The notes: a model not told the origin generated them from the sequence alone. A DNA stretch of 64,000 nt from an uncultured Bacteroidales bacterium (GCA_947074145.1 CAMTOJ010000002.1:40742-104741), one strand, 5' to 3'; counted from the stretch's first letter, positions 30,245 through 39,767 are shown. Made by a program: numbers and translations.

Positions 30245-30948
30245 ATGTATAATGTTATTATATAATAAATTCCGATAACTATAAATAATATCGATATTAT
30301 AATATTAAGCCATTTTTGTATGGTAATGACTTTTTTATAAAAATTGCTTATTTCTGATATACTATATGCCAAAACCCAAGCAACTATGATAACCGGTAAC
30401 CCTGTTGCTATAGCAAAAGCTATAGGTAATAGATATCCTCCTGTTTCATAGGCAGACATAGGCATAAGCATCCCAAAATATATAACTCCGCTTGTAGGAC
30501 AGAAGGCGAGTGAAAATATTATACCTAATAAAAATGCCCCTAATCCTCCTTTATTCTTTAGTTTTTCTCCGTTATTATTGAATTTTAATCCGGGTATATT
30601 TATTCTGCTTGAAAAAAGCATAAACACTCCTATTAGTATTAAAGCCGGTCCCATAAATATTTCACCGTATTTAGAAATAAATTTCTGAATACCATATATA
30701 CTTGTCCCTTCTCTTAATAAAGGTATTATTATGAATCCAAGTAGGGTATATACAATTAGGCGACCAAGAGTGTAATATATTCCGTTCCTAAAAACTCTGT
30801 GTCTGTTTTCAATATCTTTGCTTAAATATCCTATTGCTGTGATATTTGTTGCCATTGGACAAGGACTTATTGCTGTAAGGATGCCAAGTATAAATGCTGT
30901 AAACAATGGTATTGTACTGTGTTCTGTAAGGGTCTGAAGATATTCCAT
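30241..30948 (-). CDS. DsbD/CcdA-like polytopic membrane protein (ArsG-family-like)
   Basis: 235 aa, ~6 TM, 'AISPCPMATN' and 'SLAFCPTSG' motifs. Overlaps the downstream gene by 4 nt. Proteins of this type in Bacteroidota ars operons are, from memory, annotated as the ArsG family. Confidence 0.6.
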   Translation of the reverse strand: MEYLQTLTEHSTIPLFTAFILGILTAISPCPMATNITAIGYLSKDIENRHRVFRNGIYYTLGRLIVYTLLGFIIIPLLREGTSIYGIQKFISKYGEIFMGPALILIGVFMLFSSRINIPGLKFNNNGEKLKNKGGLGAFLLGIIFSLAFCPTSGVIYFGMLMPMSAYETGGYLLPIAFAIATGLPVIIVAWVLAYSISEISNFYKKVITIQKWLNIIISILFIVIGIYYIITLYI

Positions 30949-30950
30949 AA

Positions 30951-31391
30951 TTATTTTTGTAATTCTTCGATTTTATCCTTTATTCCCGTTTTAAATTTAT
31001 CAGGTGAATTTCGTGAGAATGAAAAAGCAAAATCAGTCATATTATTAACGCTTTCTTTTCCTTCAACCCATTTATTTACAAAAAGAGAAGACCAGGTCAC
31101 TTCATATTTATCAGCAATTTTTTCTCCCTCTTTTGTTGATATATTTATAACTTTAAAAATCACTCTGTTTTTATTTATTGTATCTGTAAAATAAGTGTCA
31201 ATAACTTCTTTTGTCAGAGATTCTATAGCATTACAGGTTATACAACGTTTTTTTGTGTGAAAATAAAGTACTTCGATGCAATCCTTATCTTTATCTGTAT
31301 CTGAAGAGATCTTATCGTTATAGTTCTGCTTATGACCACAAGAAATCATTGTATATGAGATTATTAGAATACACATCCATTTTTTCATCAC
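30951..31391 (-). CDS. Thioredoxin-fold lipoprotein (ArsF-family-like)
   Basis: 146 aa, lipobox 'TMISCGHK', CxxC redox motif 'KKRCITCNAIE'. Sits between the glutaredoxin-like gene and the DsbD-like gene. Confidence 0.55.
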   Translation of the reverse strand: MMKKWMCILIISYTMISCGHKQNYNDKISSDTDKDKDCIEVLYFHTKKRCITCNAIESLTKEVIDTYFTDTINKNRVIFKVINISTKEGEKIADKYEVTWSSLFVNKWVEGKESVNNMTDFAFSFSRNSPDKFKTGIKDKIEELQK

Positions 31392-31395
31392 ATAT

Positions 31396-31629
31396 TTATT
31401 TTAAGATTAATTCTTTCACCTCTGATAAAGAAAGTTTTTTTCCTTTTGAAACAACCTTTTCATCAATAACGATTGCTGGTAGAGTCATTACATTATATGA
31501 CATAATATTCATCATGTCTTCCTCTTTAATTACTACGGCTTCAATATTGCACTCTCTTACTGCTTGATTTACCGTTTCAAACAATGCTTTACAAGAAGCA
31601 CATCCCGTACCTAATACTTTTATTTCCAT
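31396..31629 (-). CDS. Small thioredoxin/glutaredoxin-like protein (redox-active disulfide protein 2 type)
   Basis: 77 aa, 'MEIKVLGTGCASCKAL', typical of the TM0996/MTH895-type proteins seen in ars operons. Confidence 0.8.
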   Translation of the reverse strand: MEIKVLGTGCASCKALFETVNQAVRECNIEAVVIKEEDMMNIMSYNVMTLPAIVIDEKVVSKGKKLSLSEVKELILK

Positions 31630-31686
31630 ATGATAGTTTATTTTTAATATGTAATTCGCAAAACAACGAACAATAATTATAAAAAA

Positions 31687-32019
31687 TTATTTACAACATT
31701 TCGTACTTATAAGATTATCGTTTTGAAAGAAATTTCCGAATAATTCTTTTGCTATCACCCAGTTTTCTTTATTTATACAATATTTTACTTTAGGTGTTTC
31801 CACTTCGCCCTGAATAAGTCCAGAATCCTTTAACTCTTTAAGATGTTGTGAAACTGTAGCTTTTGCTATTGGTAACTCTTCATGGATATCGCCAAAATAA
31901 CAGTTTTCCTGTTTCAAGAGAAAATCAAGTATTGCAATGCGTGTAGGATGTCCCATTGCTTTGGCAAATCTTGCTAATAATATCTGATTATCTGTTGGCT
32001 CATTTTTACATTTCATCAT
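31687..32019 (-). CDS. arsR: ArsR/SmtB-family metalloregulator
   Basis: 110 aa. '[16 protein letters not shown]', wHTH '[18 protein letters not shown]'. C-terminal vicinal cysteines 'STKCCK'. Only one Cys at the classical CVC position. Confidence 0.85.
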   Translation of the reverse strand: MMKCKNEPTDNQILLARFAKAMGHPTRIAILDFLLKQENCYFGDIHEELPIAKATVSQHLKELKDSGLIQGEVETPKVKYCINKENWVIAKELFGNFFQNDNLISTKCCK

Positions 32020-32033
32020 AAAAGTTTATTTGT

Positions 32034-32055
32034 TTGTTCGTAAATGTACGAACAA
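32034..32055. promoter_or_regulatory. Candidate ArsR operator (perfect 9-4-9 inverted repeat)
   Basis: TTGTTCGTA-AATG-TACGAACAA, 15-36 nt upstream of the arsR start codon. Confidence 0.5.
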
Positions 32056-32388
32056 GTGGAATAGCTTTTATAATTAAAAATGATTTTAATACTTATTTAA
32101 CCTCTATCAAAATTGAATTTAAAATTCAATCCCATATACTCTTTTTCAAAAGCAAAATTTTTTCTATACGCGTACATACATCATTTTCATAATTATAAAC
32201 ACAAGATCTGAAAGTGATTATATTTTATAATTTCCGATTATATACTTTAGTATAGCTATCTCATCACTTTAGGATCACTCTATGAATCAAATGTTAGACT
32301 TAAAATTCTATACTGTATTTCATATGACTAATGCGTAGTTTTATATTTTAGATCATACTTACTATCTTTGATACATTATTGAATTACT

Positions 32389-33306
32389 ATGACAAAGAAC
32401 CTTATTGTTTTGATCGGTCCTACCGGAGTTGGTAAAACTGAACTAAGTCTTAAAATTGCAGAGAGATATGGTGCGGATATAATTTCGTCCGATTCAAGAC
32501 AGATATATAAGAATATACCTATAGGTACAGCCGCAGCAACGGAGGAACAAAAGCAACGCGTGCCACACCATTTTGTAGGGTTTCTTGAACTTTCCGAATA
32601 TTTCAGTGCGTACAGATTTGAGGAGGAAGTGATGCTTTTTCTTGAATCTTATTTTAAGACTCACGATACTGCTCTTATGACCGGAGGTTCAATGATGTAT
32701 ATTGATGCCGTATGTAAAGGGATAGACGAGATGCCGTCAGTTGATCCTGCAATAAGAGATGCTGTTATAGCCGAATATGAGGAGAAAGGTCTTGAGTATA
32801 TGTTGGCAAAACTTCGTGATCTGGATCCTGAATATTATGAAATTGTTGACAGAAATAATCACAAAAGAGTAATACATGGCATTGAGATTTGTCTCACGAC
32901 CGGGAATACCTTTACTTCTTATCGCTCCAATACAATAAAGGAGCGACCTTTCAATATAATAAAGATAGGATTGATAAGAGAAAGAGAGGAGTTATATGAT
33001 AGAATAAATCGACGCGTTGATCAAATGATAAGCGACGGTCTTATTGATGAGGTTAAAAGTGTGATAGCGCATCGTGAACTTAATGCTCTCAATACTGTGG
33101 GATATAAAGAGATATTGAAATATCTCGATGGTGAATGGACTCTTGATTTTGCAATAGAAAAGATAAAGCAGAATTCAAGAATATATTCAAGAAAACAGAT
33201 GACATGGTTTAAAAGGGATGAAAATATTAAATGGTTTAATCCTGAAAATGAAGAAGAAGTTTTAAGTTATATTGATCAATGTTTCCATAATGATGAAAAG
33301 GTATGA
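32389..33306 (+). CDS. miaA: tRNA dimethylallyltransferase
   Basis: 305 aa. P-loop 'GPTGVGKT', '[20 protein letters not shown]', 'PHHF', '[12 protein letters not shown]'. Confidence 0.95.
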   Translation: MTKNLIVLIGPTGVGKTELSLKIAERYGADIISSDSRQIYKNIPIGTAAATEEQKQRVPHHFVGFLELSEYFSAYRFEEEVMLFLESYFKTHDTALMTGGSMMYIDAVCKGIDEMPSVDPAIRDAVIAEYEEKGLEYMLAKLRDLDPEYYEIVDRNNHKRVIHGIEICLTTGNTFTSYRSNTIKERPFNIIKIGLIREREELYDRINRRVDQMISDGLIDEVKSVIAHRELNALNTVGYKEILKYLDGEWTLDFAIEKIKQNSRIYSRKQMTWFKRDENIKWFNPENEEEVLSYIDQCFHNDEKV

Positions 33307-33493
33307 CACAATATTTCATATAAGGATAAAATACCATTGTTTTAAAGTATAATATTTAAAGGATTAGAGATACAAAGCTCGTCGTCATATTTTTAAATAT
33401 GACGATGATTTAAGATTTTACTCAAAACATCCGTTCTTGTTTATTTATGCAAACGTCACCTATAAAGCTCTAAGAGATTAGGAATTTTAATGA

Positions 33494-33717
33494 TCATTTG
33501 GTAATGATAACTCTTCTGAAACCAGTTAGATTTGGTGTTCCGTTATCAGTAATTTCACATATTATATGTATATTATCTCCTACCGAAATATCTGAAGGTA
33601 TTATAAGTTTAGCAGTTGAACTATCTGAATTATATTTATATTACCAGTGTAAGTTCCCGCTTCCTTTAAATACCACCATTTGTAGCTTAATTGATCATTA
33701 TTTGGATCATAAGACAT
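33494..33717 (-). pseudogene. Frameshifted C-terminal remnant of a larger secreted protein (resembles the C-terminal Ig-like domain of DUF1593-type proteins)
   Basis: Minus-strand translation gives 'MSYDPNNDQLSYKWWYLKEAGTYTGNINI'. After a frame change it gives 'NSDSSTAKLIIPSDISVGDNIHIICEITDNGTPNLTGFRRVIITK*'. Stops lie immediately upstream, so only ~75 codons survive. Confidence 0.5.
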
Positions 33718-33801
33718 CGAGGGATTAAGAATTAATTCAGTTTCTTTGTTTAATTAAATTAGGCTTTTAATATATACAACCTGTTTACCGTGCAAAATAT
33801 T

Positions 33802-34635
33802 ATGAATACCGACAATATGAATATTTTCGATGAGAAACGCAAAGAATTTACTCCCTATGGATTGACCTGTGAATTATGGCAACCTAACGAGATGTCAAAA
33901 TGTGATCGACACAATGAGGTTGAACTAAACTATCTTCCTAAAGGTGAGATAACTTATATTTTTAATGAATCTGAAATAACGATACCTTCAAGGACCCTTT
34001 CTTTATTTTGGGGAGCAATACCACATCAGATTATTAATTATAATAATACTTTACCATATTACGTATGCACTATTCCTACATCAATATTTTTAAGTTGGAG
34101 ACTACCATCTACCTTTGTAAATGAGGTTTTTGCCGGAAAAGTTTTTATTGAAACTCTTGAAACTTTTTCTGATTATGATGAATTTATATTGAAAAACTGG
34201 TTTAATGATATTCCTCAAAATACTGAATTGATAATTTCAGAAATGAATTCACGAATATTACGTTTGGCTAATACCGCCTTATATAAGAATTCAACATTAA
34301 ACCAAAATGATGATTTTCAAATACTGGAAAAAATTATCATTTATGTTGCTCAGAATTATATGAATCCCATAAATATTCAAGATATAGGTAACCTAATTAA
34401 TCTCAATCCTGATTATGCTAATAAAATCTTTAAAAAGGCATTTAATCAGACATTGTATGATTATATTATTCAAGAGCGTATTTCTCACTCTAAAAGAATG
34501 TTGTTGTCATCAAATAATAGTATAACGGAGATAGCTTTTGAATGTGGTTTTAACTCAATAAGCAGATTTAATTTTATGTTTAAAAAATATACAGGATATT
34601 CTGCTCGCGATTTCAGAAAGTATAATAATAAATAA
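33802..34635 (+). CDS. AraC-family transcriptional regulator
   Basis: C-terminal double HTH 'IQDIGNLINLNPDYANKIFKKAFNQTLYDYIIQERISHSKRMLL...ITEIAFECGFNSISRFNFMFKKYTGYSARDFR', with an N-terminal cupin-like sensor part. ATG 33802 preferred over GTG 33790. Confidence 0.85.
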   Translation: MNTDNMNIFDEKRKEFTPYGLTCELWQPNEMSKCDRHNEVELNYLPKGEITYIFNESEITIPSRTLSLFWGAIPHQIINYNNTLPYYVCTIPTSIFLSWRLPSTFVNEVFAGKVFIETLETFSDYDEFILKNWFNDIPQNTELIISEMNSRILRLANTALYKNSTLNQNDDFQILEKIIIYVAQNYMNPINIQDIGNLINLNPDYANKIFKKAFNQTLYDYIIQERISHSKRMLLSSNNSITEIAFECGFNSISRFNFMFKKYTGYSARDFRKYNNK

Positions 34636-34791
34636 AAAGAAATTGATGATAACTTAAAGGTGTAAGTCCCTAAAGATACTTTATAGTAGAAAATTTTATC
34701 AAATAGCAGATCTCTGCTGCCAGCAAGATATTTGTTGATTTAATTTTATATAATAAATAAACTCTCAAATGAAAAAGTTATAGAAATTCAA

Positions 34792-34828
34792 AAAAAGGAG
34801 GAAAACCTGTATTGTTTTCCTCCTTTTT
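34792..34828. terminator. Bidirectional terminator (AraC / CotH genes)
   Basis: AAAAAGGAGGAAAAC ... GTTTTCCTCCTTTTT perfect stem with flanking A/T runs. Confidence 0.8.
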
Positions 34829-34852
34829 AATTAATAAGATGTGAATATTTTT

Positions 34853-36808
34853 TTATCTCATAATCTTAATCACCTTACTTCCGTCAGGTGTATCAAGTTT
34901 GATCACATAAATACCTTTTCCTAAATGATTCAGATCAATTGAGGACTCAAATCCTGCAATATCTTGTTGATACACCATTTTTCCTGAAACTGCAAAAACA
35001 GAAACACGTCCTTTATTAACTGAGTCAAGATTAACATTCAGAGTTCCACTCATATTTATATAAGTAAGTTTATGTTCAAGCTGAATAACTCCGTTTATAG
35101 ACAATGATAAAGCTTTAACCTTCTGAATATACCACTGTTGATTTTTGCTTTGAGTAATTCTCTGATCATAAACAATAGCATTTGTTCCATTTGCAAACGA
35201 TCCCCCTGCATTATTTACAGAATATCCACTACCAACGTTAATTATTCCATACATATCACCGGTTCCAACCTCTTTGATTCTCCAAAGTTGTTTAGGATCA
35301 GAGCTGTCTGGAGTTTTCAGAGCCATAGGTTTATTCCATTCCGTTTCACTCATGGCAAGATTATATTCAAGATTAATGAACTGATATTGCCCTTCATTAA
35401 TTTCTGAAATCAACCAATTTTGAGATTCCTCATCATCAAGCGGATTCCAAAGATGTAGATTCATTGTCTGATCATTCACATCAAGTGCATTATTGGAATT
35501 GTTGTTCACAACCATATAAATGAAGTTTCCGGCCTCGAAAGGTTGACTCGGCAAAGATGATGTAAGACTTGGGAATGCCTGATTTAGAAAATCTACTCTA
35601 TTATCAATATATTCTCTTATATAATCAACATATTCAGCATGAGTAGAAAATAACAAAGGTTCATTATATACCTTTCGATTTATAACATTCCATTTTTTAT
35701 AATTCAACTCCTGAGAAGCCTGAATAAGATCTTCTGTTTCATCAATGAAATTTTGAATTTTTTCTTTTATACCACCTTTAACAAGAGCAGTCCATCTTTC
35801 ATCAACACTTTTTATAAACCATGGGTCTTCAAGTAAACGTGTAATCCAATTTCGAGGATTGAAAGCTGCATCTTTCATCAATTTTTTTGTGGTATCATAT
35901 ACACGATTATCATTATTGAAAGCGATATCATAATCCCACATAGGACCAAAATAAAATTTATCTTCTTCTCGTTTTTTATAAAGATAAGTGCTCCAAAAGC
36001 AATCCGGATTAGCAGTCAATTCACTTGCTATATACCAATTTATCAGTGATTCTTCATCAACCATAGATCTGTATCCAAGTTCCGGATCCTTGAAATCAGA
36101 AGAGAAAAGTTTGTTTTCAAATTCTTGGGTAAAATTGCTTATATAATTGAATTGAGCATCATTTATTTCATCATCAGCGGGATATTTAATAGTAACTTTA
36201 ATACCTTGATTAGTTGTGAACCATGATATTTCACTTGCTGCGAACCCATCAAGTTCTATTAGGTATCCTCCTTCTATATCAGGTTCTGAAACCATCGTAG
36301 GGTCTTGCTCTTCAACAGGCACTCGTTTTTTGTGTACTTCTACTTGATCTGTAACGAGATAATTTCCCTGATAAATATTGTTAAGATAAAAATCTACAAA
36401 TCGAAATTCCGGAGTAAATTCGAATTCAAGCATCTGACCAATCTGCAAAGCAATTGCATTTCTCATAAGTGATTTATCGGCATGATTAGCAAGAAATATC
36501 CATTTCTTAGCCTTAGCACTCATATCAATAAAATTACGTTTCTTGTTAAATTTTATTCTGTATGGTTTCTTCGCAAGATTCCATGTTGAGTTACCGCGAC
36601 CCTTAATTGTCATAGTGTCTTCAACAAGTTCCTCAGCTTCATTATTGCTAATTACTGAAAGAAAACCATTTATTTGAATATCCTTGTCTACTACAGACTG
36701 GTTATTTTCTGTTTTGATATATACGGTTGGAATATTGGTTACCTGTGTTTGAGCAGATAACTGTACAAATAGTAACGTACATATTAATGAAAGTAAAATG
36801 TTCTTCAT
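34853..36808 (-). CDS. Secreted CotH-kinase-family protein with ricin-B lectin domain and T9SS C-terminal sorting domain
   Basis: 651 aa. Signal peptide. CotH-like core ('KKPYRIKFNKK', 'LRNAIALQIG', 'YQGNYLVTDQVEV', 'GGYLIELD', 'GPMWDYDIAF'). Three QxW beta-trefoil repeats ('SQNWLI', 'KQLWRI', 'NQQWYI'). CTD 'VSVFAVSGKMVYQQ...LGKGIYVIKLDTPDGSKVIKIMR'. Confidence 0.8.
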   Translation of the reverse strand: MKNILLSLICTLLFVQLSAQTQVTNIPTVYIKTENNQSVVDKDIQINGFLSVISNNEAEELVEDTMTIKGRGNSTWNLAKKPYRIKFNKKRNFIDMSAKAKKWIFLANHADKSLMRNAIALQIGQMLEFEFTPEFRFVDFYLNNIYQGNYLVTDQVEVHKKRVPVEEQDPTMVSEPDIEGGYLIELDGFAASEISWFTTNQGIKVTIKYPADDEINDAQFNYISNFTQEFENKLFSSDFKDPELGYRSMVDEESLINWYIASELTANPDCFWSTYLYKKREEDKFYFGPMWDYDIAFNNDNRVYDTTKKLMKDAAFNPRNWITRLLEDPWFIKSVDERWTALVKGGIKEKIQNFIDETEDLIQASQELNYKKWNVINRKVYNEPLLFSTHAEYVDYIREYIDNRVDFLNQAFPSLTSSLPSQPFEAGNFIYMVVNNNSNNALDVNDQTMNLHLWNPLDDEESQNWLISEINEGQYQFINLEYNLAMSETEWNKPMALKTPDSSDPKQLWRIKEVGTGDMYGIINVGSGYSVNNAGGSFANGTNAIVYDQRITQSKNQQWYIQKVKALSLSINGVIQLEHKLTYINMSGTLNVNLDSVNKGRVSVFAVSGKMVYQQDIAGFESSIDLNHLGKGIYVIKLDTPDGSKVIKIMR

Positions 36809-37328
36809 ATAGTCTGATAAAAAGTTTAATGTTTAATAATCGTGTTAAATTATGGAATATAAATTTAAAACTGTAGTAATATGCAAAATTAAAATATATA
36901 AAGTTAATAAATATACTTTTAACCTAAAATTTAAGTAGATATATAGATGTTGACTTAATGTTTAGGTTTTTAAATATTTATCTAATCATGTTTTTTATTA
37001 ATCAAAACACGGTATAATAATTGGATTCTTAAACCTACTTTTAATAAAGCGAGCAATAATTACAATAACACTTTGCAAAATTTTGATTAAAACCTAGCAA
37101 GGTTTAATATAAAAACTTGCAAAGAATGATTTATAACCAAGTAAAGATTAATAAAAATAAGAGGGCATAAATAAAATTTAAATCGGTTAAGTAAAATATA
37201 ATCAGTAAGGGACGAATAAAAGATATTATATTTTAATTTTGCAGGAGATTTATGAAATGTTGCAGATTAGATATATTTATATAATTTGGCGACAATGTAA
37301 TTGATTAATAAGATACTGTTAAAAATAT

Positions 37329-38183
37329 ATGAGTACAGCTAAATTGCTATTGCATTGCCCGGACAGACCGGGTATCATTTCTGAGGTGACAAATTTTATT
37401 ACAATAAATAAAGGTAATATCGTATATTTAGATCAATATGTTGATCATGATGAAAATATATTTTTCATGAGAGTGGAGTGGGAACTAAAAGACTTCTTTA
37501 TCCCGGCAGATAAGATAGAGGAATATTTTCACACACTATATGCGCAAAAATATGATATGAACTTCCGACTTTATTTCTCTGATCAGAAACCAAGAATGGC
37601 AATCTTCGTATCTAAAATGTCACACTGTCTGTACGATATGTTGGCACGTTATACAGCCGGAGAATGGGATGTTGAGATTCCACTTATTATAAGTAATCAT
37701 CCGGACTTAAAACCGGCAGCAGAACGTTTCGGTATACCATATTATGTTTTTCCAATAACAAAAGATACTAAGGTAGAACAAGAGGCTCTTGAGATGGAAC
37801 TTTTGAAAGAATATAAAGTAGATTTTATTGTACTTGCAAGATATATGCAAGTGATTTCTCCGGAAATGATAAAATCGTATCCTAATAAAATCATCAATAT
37901 TCATCACTCTTTCCTTCCTGCATTTGTGGGTGCTAAACCATACCATGCCGCATTTGAGAGAGGGGTAAAGATTATAGGGGCAACAAGTCACTATGTAACG
38001 ACAGAGCTTGATGCAGGACCGATAATTGAGCAAGACGTAGTTCGTGTGACACATCGTGACACAGTACATGATTTGATAAGCAAGGGTCGTGATTTAGAAA
38101 AAATAGTTCTTTCTAGAGCAGTTTCAAAACACATCGATCGCAAAATTCTGACATACAAAAATAAGACAGTATTGTTTAGTTAA
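37329..38183 (+). CDS. purU: Formyltetrahydrofolate deformylase
   Basis: 284 aa. N-terminal ACT domain ('LLLHCPDRPGIISEVTNFI') and formyltransferase core ('IINIHHSFLPAFVGAKPYHAAFERGVKIIGATSHYVTTELDAGPIIEQD'). Confidence 0.95.
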   Translation: MSTAKLLLHCPDRPGIISEVTNFITINKGNIVYLDQYVDHDENIFFMRVEWELKDFFIPADKIEEYFHTLYAQKYDMNFRLYFSDQKPRMAIFVSKMSHCLYDMLARYTAGEWDVEIPLIISNHPDLKPAAERFGIPYYVFPITKDTKVEQEALEMELLKEYKVDFIVLARYMQVISPEMIKSYPNKIINIHHSFLPAFVGAKPYHAAFERGVKIIGATSHYVTTELDAGPIIEQDVVRVTHRDTVHDLISKGRDLEKIVLSRAVSKHIDRKILTYKNKTVLFS

Positions 38184-38213
38184 TGTATTAAAATACAGAT
38201 AACAAGAAAACTG

Positions 38214-38254
38214 ATCCCATTATTGTACTAATTTCAATGATGGGATTTTTTTTA
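38214..38254 (+). terminator. Rho-independent terminator after purU
   Basis: ATCCCATTATTG ... CAATGATGGGAT stem (one mismatch) followed by a run of 8 T. Confidence 0.8.
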
Positions 38255-38330
38255 TTTTAAGATTAATTTGAACATATCTATTATTTCGCTAAATTAGTAA
38301 CGTTATAATAAACCTAAGAAAGAATTTACG

Positions 38331-39263
38331 ATGAAGCAATTACGCTATGTAATAGCAGGGCTTGGATTGAATCTCCATTCGAGAGATAATGAAAAACTAA
38401 AAAACTACTTAACGTCCTTTTCACCTTTTTGTGTTAATGAATTTTCAAAAGATACGATACATCTTTTTGACTTTTTTACAGGGCTTACTCTTGATGTAAA
38501 TGGCGAACCGATTCATTCATTTGACTGGGAGGGGATCAAGTGTGAAATATTTATGAATGATAATCATTATTTGGTGAAATTTTATCTTTCACAGGATGAA
38601 TATTATATAATAAAATCAGATAAACAGTGGAAAATAATAAATTCAAATATTCAGACAATAGATGAGAGATCGTCATTTTGTATAACTTTCTTTCTGATGT
38701 TTGCCTACTGTTTTGCATCCATACCTTATAATACTTTAGTAATACACGCTTCGGTTGTGATTCATAATGAAAAAGCGATGGTTTTTCAGGGTAAAAGTGG
38801 CACAGGGAAGAGCACGCACTCACAATTATGGCTAAAAAATGTAAAAGGAACGTATTTGCTAAATGATGATAATCCGGTGATAAGAATAGATGACAGCGGA
38901 ATTCTTTATGTCTATGGGTCACCCTGGAGCGGAAAAACTCCGTGTTATTTGAATAAAAAATTTGAAGTAGCAGCATTTGTTCGCTTGAGCCAGGCTAAAG
39001 AGAATAAATTGCAGAAATTATCACTTGGGAAATCCTTTGCATCACTTCTTCCTTCATGCAGTAACATGATATGGGATAAAAGAGTGCATGAGACGATATG
39101 TTCTACAATTTCTAAGGTTTGTATATATAATCGATGTTGGACACTTCAGTGTCTTGCTGATAAAGATGCAGTTATGAAATCTAAATCAATAATTGATCAA
39201 CTTGATGATATTGATAATGATGTAACAAATCAAAAAACAGAAATTGAATCTTTAGAGATCTAA
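38331..39263 (+). CDS. HPr-kinase-C-terminal-like P-loop protein (HprK-related kinase)
   Basis: 310 aa. 'LVIHASVVIHNEKAMVFQGKSGTGKSTHSQLW...LLNDDNPVIR...YVYGSPWSGK' matches the HprK/P catalytic-domain pattern. The ~130-aa N-terminal domain is unrecognised. Confidence 0.7.
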   Translation: MKQLRYVIAGLGLNLHSRDNEKLKNYLTSFSPFCVNEFSKDTIHLFDFFTGLTLDVNGEPIHSFDWEGIKCEIFMNDNHYLVKFYLSQDEYYIIKSDKQWKIINSNIQTIDERSSFCITFFLMFAYCFASIPYNTLVIHASVVIHNEKAMVFQGKSGTGKSTHSQLWLKNVKGTYLLNDDNPVIRIDDSGILYVYGSPWSGKTPCYLNKKFEVAAFVRLSQAKENKLQKLSLGKSFASLLPSCSNMIWDKRVHETICSTISKVCIYNRCWTLQCLADKDAVMKSKSIIDQLDDIDNDVTNQKTEIESLEI

Positions 39264-39272
39264 TTTTAATTT

Positions 39273-39767
39273 ATGCAGATAAAAAAGATCAATAATAATC
39301 TGTTTTTCTCAGAAGTAATCGAATTTTTATCTCAGGGAAAAGAGGTCAGGATAAGAGTGAGAGGTCAAAGTATGCTCCCTTTTCTTGATGAAAACAGAGA
39401 TGAAGTTATAATTTGCGGAGTAGATAAAGAAGCTATAAAAATCGGTACTATTGTACTTGCACATATCCAATTCCGTCAATATATAATGCATAGAGTAGTG
39501 GCTGTTGAAGGCGAAAATCTTGTATTAATGGGTGATGGTAATATTGGTAAAACCGAAAAATGTGTCATTTCAGAAGTAATAGCAATAGCAAAAAGAAGAA
39601 GCCGAAAAGGTAAGGAGATAGATTTAATATCATTAAAGTATAGAGTTTACGCCAAATTATGGTTCACATTGAGATTTATAAGAAAACCATTACTTGTTTC
39701 ATATAAGATATTTACACAAAGAGATTATCTTAAGAGGAAGTTACAATATAAAATGAATAAAATATGA
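39273..39767 (+). CDS. S24/S26-family (SipW-like, Ser-His) peptidase
   Basis: 164 aa. Nucleophile motif 'RGQSMLPFL', and 'YIMHRVVAVEGENLVLMGDGN' resembling the S26B 'THR' His motif. Hydrophobic C-terminal helix. Confidence 0.65.
   Translation: MQIKKINNNLFFSEVIEFLSQGKEVRIRVRGQSMLPFLDENRDEVIICGVDKEAIKIGTIVLAHIQFRQYIMHRVVAVEGENLVLMGDGNIGKTEKCVISEVIAIAKRRSRKGKEIDLISLKYRVYAKLWFTLRFIRKPLLVSYKIFTQRDYLKRKLQYKMNKI

Noticed and set aside
33498-33728. 76-aa plus-strand ORF
   Set aside because: The opposite strand carries a much more protein-like, family-recognisable (though frameshifted) reading, so I treat the + ORF as an artefact of the remnant.
37071-37124. Nested inverted repeats (CTTTGCAA ... TTGCAAAG with an inner AAACC/GGTTT) ~200 nt upstream of purU, considered as a riboswitch or sRNA
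   Set aside because: The stems are short and AT-rich, the inner stem is only 5 bp, and there is no resemblance to the ZTP/THF or other purine/folate riboswitch cores I know. It is likely chance in a 520-nt AT-rich spacer.
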